64,000 nt of DNA from an uncultured Gammaproteobacteria bacterium (GTDB taxonomy: Bacteria > Pseudomonadota > Gammaproteobacteria > SZUA-229), in contig CAWECN010000016.1 of NCBI GenBank assembly GCA_963807625.1, forward strand, positions 69,824-133,823, read 5' to 3'. The notes below the pieces were generated by a model that was not told where the DNA came from, did no database searches, and saw only the letters and a list, made by a program, of their open reading frames with translations. Below are positions 33,857 to 43,821 of this stretch, piece after piece. Position 1 is the first letter of the stretch; the number at the start of each line of letters is the position of its first letter. The position numbers and the translations under genes are program-made.

Positions 33857-34015
33857 GACTGAGAACTCCTTTATAAAGTTATAAATCTGAATAATCGGTA
33901 ATAGAAAGTGCAGTATTACTAACATAAATGTAAAGACTTCTTATACCATCAAGTTCGATGTTAACAGTTTATTTTATAGAAAGAATTGACGAATATCATA
34001 TGAGAAAAGTATTTC

Positions 34016-34873
34016 TCACTCGCCTTCCCAACCGATCTCAACAGTGAATCCTGCAGCATTTTTATGGCCACCACCACCATATTTTTTTGCCACTTCGGCG
34101 ACATCGATACTGCTGACATCGTCCTGGCCATTTGAGCGCAGACTAAATGAACGACCATCAGCATGGTCCCAGTAACAGGCTGCAAAAGGCTCGCCCACCG
34201 ACATGATATGGCCAGCATCAGATACGTAGGCTGCTGGTGCATTGAGCACGGGCACATCGTAACCGGCTATGCGCATCCGTCTGACACCAGATGCGATCAG
34301 CTGTTTGATGTCTTTTTGTAGCTTGCGCTCGATGGCTTTACCTTCGTGTTTAAGAGACTCAAGTGCCTTGTCGTTACTGGACATGAGCCTGTCCCATAGT
34401 TTGAAATCATGCGGGTAAGAAGATAATGCGGAACAGATCTCCCTGGCGTCTTCCAGCTTGAACGACCACAAATCTCGATCCTGAATGTATTCGATCAAGG
34501 CGGGTGCCTGCTGACCCTGATTAAACCATTCCCATGCCAGCATGGCGCCGGATTTGTTCATGTCGAACAGACCGTTTATTTTTCCAGTCTCTAATAATTC
34601 GCTCAGGTCTTCTGCTGCAGATACGTGGTGATCGAGTATGGTGATGCTTGCCGCAGTTTCCAGCATGTCCAGCAGTAATTCTTTCTTATAAGAGAAGTCG
34701 ACCAGGAAAACGTCCATACCATCAACACAAGGCGGTCGTTGCGCATGGATGCCTGCAAAAAAGCTAACACCCTCACCTAGTGCATGATGGACAGCCCATG
34801 CTGCGCCAAAACCATCGAGGCAGTTAGCATGATAGATACATAACTTGCCCGGCTTAACGCTGTTAGTTGACAA
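34016..34873 (-). CDS. DHH/DHHA1 family phosphoesterase
   Basis: YHANCLDG, VDFS, ILDHH, QDRDLW, SLRS, GGGHKNAAG. Confidence 0.88.
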   Translation of the reverse strand: MSTNSVKPGKLCIYHANCLDGFGAAWAVHHALGEGVSFFAGIHAQRPPCVDGMDVFLVDFSYKKELLLDMLETAASITILDHHVSAAEDLSELLETGKINGLFDMNKSGAMLAWEWFNQGQQAPALIEYIQDRDLWSFKLEDAREICSALSSYPHDFKLWDRLMSSNDKALESLKHEGKAIERKLQKDIKQLIASGVRRMRIAGYDVPVLNAPAAYVSDAGHIMSVGEPFAACYWDHADGRSFSLRSNGQDDVSSIDVAEVAKKYGGGGHKNAAGFTVEIGWEGE

Positions 34874-35732
34874 AGCGGAAGGATAAGTTGGCTTTGATCA
34901 ACTTCATCGAAAGCCATATAAAAATGAGTGGAAAAAGAATCGTCTGCATGGTAAAGACGACGATAAGATCGATGATGTGATTGGTAAGATTATCGGCCTC
35001 TGCTTTTAGCTGCTGGTAATATCTATCAACATCGATAGAGTCTATAGCGGAGTCTATGCTACTGCTCATCACTTCATACCATGACTTATCAGACACTTCT
35101 TCATTGATTGCCTGATTTTCACTGAGGTTGGCTATGTTCGTGTTGGACTGTTCCAGCTGCTTCGTTGATTCGATATATGTCGGCTCAAGAAATGCTTTGT
35201 ACAGGCCATCATTGGTAATTGCCATCAGTGGGATAAAAAAACGCAGGATAATCAAAAAGGCAGCGACCCGGTATAAGGTGTTTTTCAGGTTTATCGATGA
35301 TTGTTGATTCCTCCAGATAAACAACACTATCATTATGAGTATCGTTGACACAGCTATCGAAAAATAGAATGAAGAAAATATATTCAACAGGATCGTTTGA
35401 ATACCGAGTGATATCGTGCATATGAGCATTACCCAGGAAAATCGTTCGATCAGGTCGTTAACCGGATCAAGGATCTGTCCTGGTGTCAGTATCACACCGA
35501 CGCCGACAGGTTCTATTGCAACCTCCGTACCCTGTACCACTGATATAAGTCCGTTGAGTCCTTTCGCAATACCAAATGCTGCTAATGAGCGTGTCAGTCC
35601 CTCTTCCGTATATCTTTCTCCGAAGGTATCAAATGAAAATGTATCGAATAGTTTTGATACAGAAAAAAAAGCTAATAACAGTAAAAATACAGTGATGGTG
35701 ATTTTCTGGTAATTGTCTTTTGAAAAATTCAT
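34863..35732 (-). CDS. Conserved hypothetical membrane protein
   Basis: Several TM helices; LNGLISVVQGTE..PGQILDPVNDLIERFSWVM. Confidence 0.75.
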   Translation of the reverse strand: MNFSKDNYQKITITVFLLLLAFFSVSKLFDTFSFDTFGERYTEEGLTRSLAAFGIAKGLNGLISVVQGTEVAIEPVGVGVILTPGQILDPVNDLIERFSWVMLICTISLGIQTILLNIFSSFYFSIAVSTILIMIVLFIWRNQQSSINLKNTLYRVAAFLIILRFFIPLMAITNDGLYKAFLEPTYIESTKQLEQSNTNIANLSENQAINEEVSDKSWYEVMSSSIDSAIDSIDVDRYYQQLKAEADNLTNHIIDLIVVFTMQTILFPLIFIWLSMKLIKANLSFRFVN

Positions 35733-35804
35733 ATGATCACAAGCTAAGGCTGAGCAGAAGATATTTAGTGTCCATAATACAAACTATCACGTGGTAGGCC
35801 CAAG

Positions 35805-38702
35805 TTAACGGGCCGAACCTGAGCCAAATATATCACTTAACAGCTCAGGCTCGTTGATATGGTAACCTTGCGCGTAGTCTACACCGAGTTTACGTAAGTC
35901 CTTTAAGATATCTTCACTCTCGACAAATTCGGCGATGGTTTTTATCCCCATGCGATGACCTATCTCATTGATCGCCGAGACCATAGCAGCATCGATAGGA
36001 TCATTGACCATGTCTTTGACGAAGAATCCATCGATCTTGAGATAATCGATCGGTAGCTGTTTAAGATAGCCGAATGAAGAAACACCGCTGCCAAAATCAT
36101 CCAGCGAGAACAGGAAGCCAGCTTCATGCAGTGCTTCGATAAACTTGAGTGCTTTAGTAAAGTTAGCGATTGCTGCTGTCTCTGTTATTTCAAAACAGAA
36201 ATTTGATGTCTTCAGATTCATATCCGCTGCCAGATCAAGGACAAAACTCATGAAACTTTTGTCACATATAGAGTTGCCGGAGATATTTATCGATAACATC
36301 ATATCTTCAGGTATCTTGTTTTCATATACCCTGGTGAAAACATTCTCGACGACGTATTTGTCAATATCGATGATGACATCGTATCGCTCTGCGGCAGGTA
36401 TGAAACTGTCAGGCAGTATATAGGTTCCGTCATCCTGACGCATTCGCGATAAAATTTCGTAATGGCTGCCAAATCCATTCTGCAGCGAAATAATCTCCTG
36501 TGCGAACAGGATGATGTCTTTCTTTTCTATGGCATGTTTGACACGAGTTGCCCATTGCATCTCAACCTGGCGCTGCTCAAGTACGGCGTCATCCTTGGTA
36601 TAGACATGGACGCGATTTCGACCGTGATCCTTGGCTGCATAACAGGCGATGTCCGCTTCTTTCATCACAGTATTGATATTTTCAGTCTGAGGCGTTATCT
36701 CGACGACACCGACACTGGCACCGACATGGAAGAATTTGCCTTCCCAGGCAAACCGGAAATCCTGTACAGCCTGTATAATCTTCTGTGCCGTCGCCTGAGC
36801 GATGGTCGCATCACAACCACGCAATAAAACACCGAACTCATCACCGCCTAATCGTGCCAGGGTGTCTGCCTGTCGCGTATTGTCACTGATTATAAGTGTC
36901 ACCTGACGCAGCAGCTCATCGCCAGCAGTATGGCCACAGGTATCATTAACTACCTTGAATTGATCGAGGTCGAGGTATAACAGCGCATTGTTTTTATTTT
37001 CCTGCTTTGCTATCTCGATGAGTTGCTGCAGCTGAAGTTCAAACTCTCTCCGGTTGACCAGTCCGGTCAAAGAATCGTGGGTCGCCTGCCAGGACATCTG
37101 TCGCGCCATCTCACGTGTATCACTGACATCACGGAATACGACAACGACACCGAGCAGCTGATTTTTACTGTTTTTTATCGGCGAGACAGACTGTTCGATA
37201 TCAGAAACTTTTCCCTGTCGATTCGTGATACGTAGATTTCCTATACCCAGAGAACTATGACCACTTTTCAGACATTGATCGACAACATCCTGTAATGATC
37301 CATTATCATCGGTATCGTCCTCTATACATACCTCGTTCAAGTGTTTGCCGAGCGATTCATTTATCGACCAGCCTGTCAGCTTTTCTGCAACGGGGTTCAT
37401 GAAGTCGATATAACCATGTGAATCTATCGTAATCACTGCATCTGCAATCGAGTGTAGTGTTACCTGCGCCTGTTCCTTCTGATTGATGAGTTGATCATCG
37501 ATATATTGCCGTTCTAATTCTGCACTGGCTCGTGCTGCAAAGACTGGCAGGATAGCGCGTGCCAGATCGATCTTCCATGCGGAGGCTCTATGTGAATCAA
37601 CCAGTACCAGTACACCGATAACTTTGCCTTCATGGTCTTTCATGGCAACACCCATATAACTTTCAGCATCCAGCCTTTTCATCATCTCATCTTCTGGAAA
37701 CAGGTTCTGTAGACCAGACTTGATGAAGTGCTCACCCTCACTGATAGTCATTTCGCACGGTGTCCCAGTGACAGAGCAGTTCCCACATTTTTCGATAAAG
37801 TGGCTGTCCCAGACAGCCAGTGGGTTAAGCAGGTCAGGATTAGTCTCATCAAGTTTTGCCAGCAGGACAAAACGTGTGCGGAGTACGTCAGATAAGGTAT
37901 GTGCCAGGCTCTTGAAAAAATCCATACCGACTGTATCTGATGTGCCGGCAAGCAAGGACTGCAATGCACTCTCGATACGTTTACGATCACTGATGTCTGT
38001 CATCGTGCCAACAGCTCGTGTAGGAGCACCAGATTCATCAAATTCTACTGCCTGTCCCCGCCACTGTACCCATACCCAGTCGCCCGCAGCATTCCTCAGA
38101 CGGAACTCATCAACGAACCTGGGCGCATCGCCATAGAGATGCAGTTCGAGTTCATCTAAAACTCTTTTTGCATCATCCGGATGCAAGGAGCTACGCCAGG
38201 TCTCAAGGTTTAGTGCGACCGAATGCTCCTCATAACCCAGGATCTGTTCCCAGCGTGGACTGTAATAGACCTTATCTGTTTTTATGTTCCAGTCCCAGAG
38301 ACCATCCTGAGAACCATTGATGGCATATGACAGACGTTGCTCCTTTTTAGCATGTTTCTTACGTTGTTTTATCTCGTTGATCAGCTCATCTTCTTTATGC
38401 GCTAACTCGATGAGCTGTTTGTACTGTTTGTCCTGCATGAGACGTATAGTGGTATAGAAAAAGCCAATGCTTGCTCCGACGAGGATGGGAATAAAGAATT
38501 TCTGTAGAGTCAATTCCTGGAACGGAATGTTTAGTACATATAGATGCTGACCAAAGGCCATGATCAGCACAGCGGTTACAGAAAATAATATTCGCCAGAG
38601 ATAGCCTTTCCAATGTCTATATATGAGCGCTAGAATTCCTGATTTTCTTGGAGAAATGTCTGTCATCATCCTTATTACATCGCTGTTATTTGGGAGACTC
38701 AT
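35805..38702 (-). CDS. PAS/GAF/PAS-GGDEF-EAL signalling protein
   Basis: 2 TM; DGLWDWN PAS; GAF; HDSLTGLVNR, RLGGDEF, EIL-type EAL, DDFGSG. Confidence 0.92.
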   Translation of the reverse strand: MSLPNNSDVIRMMTDISPRKSGILALIYRHWKGYLWRILFSVTAVLIMAFGQHLYVLNIPFQELTLQKFFIPILVGASIGFFYTTIRLMQDKQYKQLIELAHKEDELINEIKQRKKHAKKEQRLSYAINGSQDGLWDWNIKTDKVYYSPRWEQILGYEEHSVALNLETWRSSLHPDDAKRVLDELELHLYGDAPRFVDEFRLRNAAGDWVWVQWRGQAVEFDESGAPTRAVGTMTDISDRKRIESALQSLLAGTSDTVGMDFFKSLAHTLSDVLRTRFVLLAKLDETNPDLLNPLAVWDSHFIEKCGNCSVTGTPCEMTISEGEHFIKSGLQNLFPEDEMMKRLDAESYMGVAMKDHEGKVIGVLVLVDSHRASAWKIDLARAILPVFAARASAELERQYIDDQLINQKEQAQVTLHSIADAVITIDSHGYIDFMNPVAEKLTGWSINESLGKHLNEVCIEDDTDDNGSLQDVVDQCLKSGHSSLGIGNLRITNRQGKVSDIEQSVSPIKNSKNQLLGVVVVFRDVSDTREMARQMSWQATHDSLTGLVNRREFELQLQQLIEIAKQENKNNALLYLDLDQFKVVNDTCGHTAGDELLRQVTLIISDNTRQADTLARLGGDEFGVLLRGCDATIAQATAQKIIQAVQDFRFAWEGKFFHVGASVGVVEITPQTENINTVMKEADIACYAAKDHGRNRVHVYTKDDAVLEQRQVEMQWATRVKHAIEKKDIILFAQEIISLQNGFGSHYEILSRMRQDDGTYILPDSFIPAAERYDVIIDIDKYVVENVFTRVYENKIPEDMMLSINISGNSICDKSFMSFVLDLAADMNLKTSNFCFEITETAAIANFTKALKFIEALHEAGFLFSLDDFGSGVSSFGYLKQLPIDYLKIDGFFVKDMVNDPIDAAMVSAINEIGHRMGIKTIAEFVESEDILKDLRKLGVDYAQGYHINEPELLSDIFGSGSAR

Positions 38703-38857
38703 CTAACACATGCGTTAGAATAAGTATAACATCAATAATAGTATGGTTTATCTGGTACTTTTAATCTAATTAATTACAGAAATAGTACGTAATTTCTCTG
38801 ACAATATTACATGTGTTATTTACTGGTTTTTACGTCACGATATAGTTCAGCTCCCGG

Positions 38858-39050
38858 TTATGTAATTTCCCCGGCATAAAGCTCCATAGTACGACCACTG
38901 AGTGGTAAATGCTCAGGCACCTTCGAAGCTTTGATGAACATGTCCGTTCAGGTATCAGTAATCACTTTTTCATCCATTGTTGAGGCTTCGTTAGCATGTG
39001 AAGTGATTACTGCGGTTGCACTTATCAGTTTATTGATGACTATAATCGTA
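38858..39050 (-). pseudogene. Remnant resembling the C-terminus of an MBL-fold metallohydrolase
   Basis: Hand translation VINKLISATAVITSHANEASTMDEKVITDT*TDMFIKASKVPEHLPLSGRTMELY; internal stop, no start; family assignment from memory. Confidence 0.4.
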
Positions 39051-39082
39051 TAGTCTGGATAATTGCCATCTGCCCGCCCTTC

Positions 39083-39295
39083 TTATAAACCTGGTTTACT
39101 GTTCGCTTTTACACAAAACATTATAAAAAATGCGTTCCAGTTGTCATAACCATCGATATCAGCGATATCTGATAATAAAGACTGGCCTTTTAAATACGCG
39201 AGTGATTCTTCGATCTGTTTATCTTCGATTCCATTTAACCTGATCAGATCAAGCGCAGATTCGGATGGTGTCCATTCGTTTAACAAATTACTCAT
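39083..39295 (-). CDS. Small protein, possibly DnaT-like DNA-binding domain
   Basis: WTPS..LDL...GI....I.......WNAFF pattern. Confidence 0.5.
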   Translation of the reverse strand: MSNLLNEWTPSESALDLIRLNGIEDKQIEESLAYLKGQSLLSDIADIDGYDNWNAFFIMFCVKANSKPGL

Positions 39296-39308
39296 TTCGC
39301 AACGATGG

Positions 39309-40127
39309 TTACCTGTTGAACAGGTTCTTTAACTTGTCTTCAGCTTTCTTTATCTCTTCTTCTTTCCTGGCATCGGCCTGTGCTTCGAGTTTCGCCTTCT
39401 CTTCGTCGACCCTTGCCTGAGCCTTATCTTTGAGTTTGTTCAGCTCCGCGTCGATGATGTCTTTCTGTACCACCTCACTGGCGCGATCGGTTAGACGTTT
39501 TAATATTTCACTGGCCAGTTCAGATCCGGTAGCACCTTTGCTGCCACCGAGATCATTCATATCCAGGCCAGGTAATTTGAGCTGATATTCCTTATTTTGC
39601 AGCGCTGCTACCTTTGCCTGGATGCTGCCATCAGTGAAAGTTACACGTCGGATGATCAGACGTGGTTCCTTCGCACTACTTTCAGATGCCGGCTGATCTT
39701 TTTTCTGTGATGACGAGCTGCTGGAGGAAGCGGCTGCCAGGTTCTTCTTTAGTTCGTTTAGATTGGTCTTGTTACCCTCATTGATCTCGACGAACACCTG
39801 TGGCGCAAGTATGGTGATCTCATCGATGATGTAGGGCTCCTCTTTAAGAGATTGCAGATCGATGCCCGTTCTTATTTCGCCGAGTGAAAACGCATACGGC
39901 AGAGCAAAACCTTTCGGGTTAGCGATGGTTAAGCCACTGATAGCGCCAGCGCCATTACTGAGATCGATCTTTACACTAGCAACACGAACAGCGGTCTGTG
40001 TGGCTTCGCTGCCATGCTTTTCGATCGCTGCTTCGACCAGGGCATCGAGATTAGTAAGCACATAGTAGACACCTCCGGCGATCGCGAAGATGATAACCAG
40101 CACCAGGCCGAGAATGACTTTTTTCAT
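39309..40127 (-). CDS. AsmA/DUF748-like envelope protein
   Basis: N-terminal TM; GLTIANPKGF; start MKKVILG with RBS. Confidence 0.75.
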   Translation of the reverse strand: MKKVILGLVLVIIFAIAGGVYYVLTNLDALVEAAIEKHGSEATQTAVRVASVKIDLSNGAGAISGLTIANPKGFALPYAFSLGEIRTGIDLQSLKEEPYIIDEITILAPQVFVEINEGNKTNLNELKKNLAAASSSSSSSQKKDQPASESSAKEPRLIIRRVTFTDGSIQAKVAALQNKEYQLKLPGLDMNDLGGSKGATGSELASEILKRLTDRASEVVQKDIIDAELNKLKDKAQARVDEEKAKLEAQADARKEEEIKKAEDKLKNLFNR

Positions 40128-40218
40128 GTGTTGTCCCCTATATATTTGTTCGTCAGTCGAGAATAAATGCGAGAGTATCAGATTGGTTCTGAGTTCGCAC
40201 TTACATCGATTTACTATT

Positions 40219-40923
40219 TTACTTCTGTAACAGGTCGACACGGATAGGCATCAAAAAATGTGCCCCGTCGTCGCCGACATGCTGTTCGAACCGCTGCTTG
40301 ACCAGGTCATACAGTGCTTGATCAAGATTATGTTCAGAATGTGTCGCCCTGATGGTATTGTTTTCAAATTCCTCGAAATTTTCAAAGCGCATCGGCGAGT
40401 TGAAAAATACCTCTTCGACCAGTTGGAATAAACCGTCATCGACAGATTTTTTAACGTTATCGAAGGCAGCCTGGCGAACTTCCTGCTCATCATGAAAAAG
40501 ACGAAGCAGCTCGTTAAAATCACCGGCAAATACAGGTTCCGAGATATAAGCCAGGCCACCGGGATTTAACACTCGCCTTATCTCCCGCATCGAAGGTTCC
40601 ATCAGTTCCTGCGGTACATGATGCAGAGACTTGAACATGAACACCACATCGACCGATTCATCTTCCAGTGGTATCTGCTGTGCACCAGCCAGGGCAAATG
40701 TCACGTTAGGCAAGTCAGTGATCTGCAGGTTATTGTTATGTGCGATCTCGTCGACTTCCAGAGCCGTAATCTTGATATTTTCACCGGAGTTAGCGATATC
40801 ACGAGTGATGTCAGCACTGCCACAACCTAGTTCGAGGATGTGTTTACCATCCAGTGTTAACAGGCGATTGTATATATCAGATTCTGGGCAGCTTATTTCG
40901 ATCTGCTGTGTAGATATTTTCAT
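40219..40923 (-). CDS. Class I SAM-dependent methyltransferase
   Basis: ILELGCGS, SLHHVP, RRVLNPGG. Confidence 0.88.
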   Translation of the reverse strand: MKISTQQIEISCPESDIYNRLLTLDGKHILELGCGSADITRDIANSGENIKITALEVDEIAHNNNLQITDLPNVTFALAGAQQIPLEDESVDVVFMFKSLHHVPQELMEPSMREIRRVLNPGGLAYISEPVFAGDFNELLRLFHDEQEVRQAAFDNVKKSVDDGLFQLVEEVFFNSPMRFENFEEFENNTIRATHSEHNLDQALYDLVKQRFEQHVGDDGAHFLMPIRVDLLQK

Positions 40924-41414
40924 CAGGGTTTAGCCCTTAATATTTCGAAATTAGTGTATCGGTCAGATAGTATAACGTTACCAGATACGGCTTTTACCTG
41001 TAAAACCATGAAAAATAGAAATATATTTTTAATATTTTGAGAGGAGTAAACTATTTAATCTTGTATCTACAACCGTTCGAGATACGGACAATCAAAATTC
41101 TCGGTATCATATGACTCATTTCTACCCCGAAATAAGGTATAGTAGTGCTTAGAGTACAGGTCTGTGTTGAACTACATCAACTTCTCGATGCAGTACGCTT
41201 CTCCTCAAGACTGACACCATAACAAGGTTCGTGGCGTAAAAACCTTTCACAAACTGTCATTCCAGATACACAGCATCTAGCTGGGAAACTCAATTTTAAA
41301 AGATTGGCACATCTGTCTCATACAGAGAAACAATCGCAGATCATCAACATCGCGCAATTATTTAAATATTCAGGCCATAGCGCAGATAATATATAAATTT
41401 AGAGGTATAGAGAC

Positions 41415-41642
41415 ATGCAGAGTAAAACAGCAGAATATAAATATAATGTAACATCAATAGAAAAGATCACAGCCCCGGAAGGCATGACCGGCGATGACTG
41501 GTATCTCTATATTATCGAAAAAGGTAATTCGGTAATGGAATGTAAAAAATCAGGTACCCTAAAGTCAGTTACAGAGCACGCGGAAAATGCGGCCGAGCTG
41601 ATCAATGCACGCAACGTCAGAGGCAGTCAGAAGAAGAAGTAA
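41415..41642 (+). CDS. Small hypothetical protein
   Basis: GAGG RBS; 75 aa; preceded by a long intergenic region. Confidence 0.7.
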   Translation: MQSKTAEYKYNVTSIEKITAPEGMTGDDWYLYIIEKGNSVMECKKSGTLKSVTEHAENAAELINARNVRGSQKKK

Positions 41643-41670
41643 GCAGGCCCGACCTCTTCAGTCAAAACGA

Positions 41671-42789
41671 CTATCTATCAGCTGATTGTCCGTACATCTC
41701 TTTCAGCTGCATCATCAGTGCGCCAAGCCCCAGCAGCAATAGTACAAAGATCAAGAGACCACCGATCAGTGGTATGTTACTTAGTAGGCCCAGTACGATG
41801 ATAGCCAGTGACACCGAAATAAATCTTCGTCCGGTCGTTGATATGTCTTTATTGAAACGCTTCGCTGCCCAGTCGCTGACGAAGAAACAGGAACTGAGGA
41901 AACCGACGATCAATGCCACCAGGTAAAGCGCCATAATACTCAGGCCTACCCAGAATCCCAGAACAATCCCCATCAACAAAGCTGCCGATAGCGGCGCGAT
42001 GATCAGCACCAGGAAACCAGCACCCAGGCTTTTCAACGGATCACCAGAAATCCTGGCAACTGTGGACATGGTGAACACTGGGAATAGTTTATACAGGACG
42101 ATACTGGCAACGATCATGGTGATGACAAAGAAGATACCAGCGCCACTATGAGGACGCTGCCATTCGACCTGTTCATATATGATATCGCCAGAGATCTTTG
42201 CATCAGCATGTATATTGGCTTCATGTGGGCTCTTGTAGCGTAAGTTGCCATCGATGAAAGCGCCTTCCAGGATATGTATCTCACCGGCTTCGATCGTCAC
42301 ATCACCATGGACGAAACCAGATATTCGAACGCTACCGGCACCGATGTGGACATTGTTGTTCACCGTACCGGCGATATTTACATCCCCCCCTGCCAGCCAG
42401 GCTTCACCAGCCACAGCGGAACTTGAGGAAACATTGATCCGGCCACCGCTTGCGATAAGGTCATCACCAATATTGGCATCGATCAAGATGTCTCCACCAG
42501 CAACACGCACATCATCCTGAATGTCTCCGCGCAGGTTAACAGAACCGCCAGCGGCAATGACATCACCTTTGATATGATGTCCGATAAATAGCTCACCGCC
42601 GGCGACGACGACATCGCCCGAAATGAGAGCATTGATATCAACGGTACCACCGGCTGCATAATAATCATCGTTCACCGTACCGCGCTGAGTCACCATCTCC
42701 CCGCTCTCTGGCATAGCGAAAGCTGACGAGGGTAATAAGAGCATCAAGGAAACAGCTAAGATTGTGATAATATTTTTGTGTGTACGCAT
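41671..42789 (-). CDS. Bactofilin-like beta-helix protein with C-terminal TM domain
   Basis: Signal peptide; repeated GDVxxAGGxVxI units; about 4 C-terminal TMs. Confidence 0.78.
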   Translation of the reverse strand: MRTHKNIITILAVSLMLLLPSSAFAMPESGEMVTQRGTVNDDYYAAGGTVDINALISGDVVVAGGELFIGHHIKGDVIAAGGSVNLRGDIQDDVRVAGGDILIDANIGDDLIASGGRINVSSSSAVAGEAWLAGGDVNIAGTVNNNVHIGAGSVRISGFVHGDVTIEAGEIHILEGAFIDGNLRYKSPHEANIHADAKISGDIIYEQVEWQRPHSGAGIFFVITMIVASIVLYKLFPVFTMSTVARISGDPLKSLGAGFLVLIIAPLSAALLMGIVLGFWVGLSIMALYLVALIVGFLSSCFFVSDWAAKRFNKDISTTGRRFISVSLAIIVLGLLSNIPLIGGLLIFVLLLLGLGALMMQLKEMYGQSADR

Positions 42790-42898
42790 TTCGTCACCAG
42801 TTTTATTATTTCATATGGCTAATTGTTTATACATTACGCTTTTTTAAACTATTGTAAAAGATTTTGTTCCAAATGATGATAGCAAGTCAGATAATACG

Positions 42899-43804
42899 AT
42901 GAATAACGGCGGTAGTATGAGAGACACTTTAACTAAAATTTTCCAGGTATTAATAGTTTCAATCACACAGCTTGGCAATGTTTCTGCATCGGAAATATTT
43001 GCCGATAGCCATATACATTTCAACTGGGATCAACGTGTAGAAACATCCTCGCAAGAAGTCGTCGATATATTGAAACGGCATAATGTTGGTCTCACCATCG
43101 TCGCTGGTACCCCCTCCGAGTTAGCGCTGGAACTCAGAGAAAAAGGCGGTGACTGGATCATTCCCTTCTTCAGCCCGTACATACATGAACTAGGAAAACG
43201 TGACTGGTACATGGATGAGCAGGTGGTCAAAAATGCCGAGCAAGGGTTAAAGAACGGCCAGTACTACGGCATCGGCGAAGTCCATTTCATGAATGGTTTT
43301 CAACCGAAAACAGACAACACGATATTCCTGCAACTGATCAAACTTGCAGAAAAATATGATGTACCGATGCTAATACACATCGATTCGGGAAATGAGAAGA
43401 CCTTCCAGAAGTTGTGCCTGGCGAACCCTGCTATCAGCATGATCTTCGCCCATGCCGGCGGTAACCTGCGGCCGAGCCATATAGAAAAGATACTGCTCAG
43501 CTGTGAGAATGTCTGGATAGACTTCGCTGCACGTGATCCATGGCGCTATGACGGTATCAGTGAAGAAGATCACACGCTGCTACCTGAGTGGAAAAAACTG
43601 GTTTTGAAATACCCGGATCGATTTATCACCGGCACCGACCCGGTCTGGAAAGTTACCCGCTGGTCGACCTGGGATACTGACGATGAAGGCTGGACACACT
43701 ACCAGGAGTTATATGCTTACCACTGGGCCTGGTTGAATGACCTGCCTGAGGATGTCAGAAAGAAGATAGCCTGGGAGAATACGCAGACCCTGCTCAAGAG
43801 ATAG
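42899..43804 (+). CDS. Amidohydrolase-family metallohydrolase
   Basis: DSHIH, GIGEVH, IHID, AHAG, GTD. Confidence 0.85.
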   Translation: MNNGGSMRDTLTKIFQVLIVSITQLGNVSASEIFADSHIHFNWDQRVETSSQEVVDILKRHNVGLTIVAGTPSELALELREKGGDWIIPFFSPYIHELGKRDWYMDEQVVKNAEQGLKNGQYYGIGEVHFMNGFQPKTDNTIFLQLIKLAEKYDVPMLIHIDSGNEKTFQKLCLANPAISMIFAHAGGNLRPSHIEKILLSCENVWIDFAARDPWRYDGISEEDHTLLPEWKKLVLKYPDRFITGTDPVWKVTRWSTWDTDDEGWTHYQELYAYHWAWLNDLPEDVRKKIAWENTQTLLKR

Positions 43805-43821
43805 CCTGTCAACAAAAATAT

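Noticed and set aside
38948-38950. In-frame TGA as possible Sec recoding
   Set aside because: Fragment has no start, and the position is not a Cys-type catalytic site; decay is simpler
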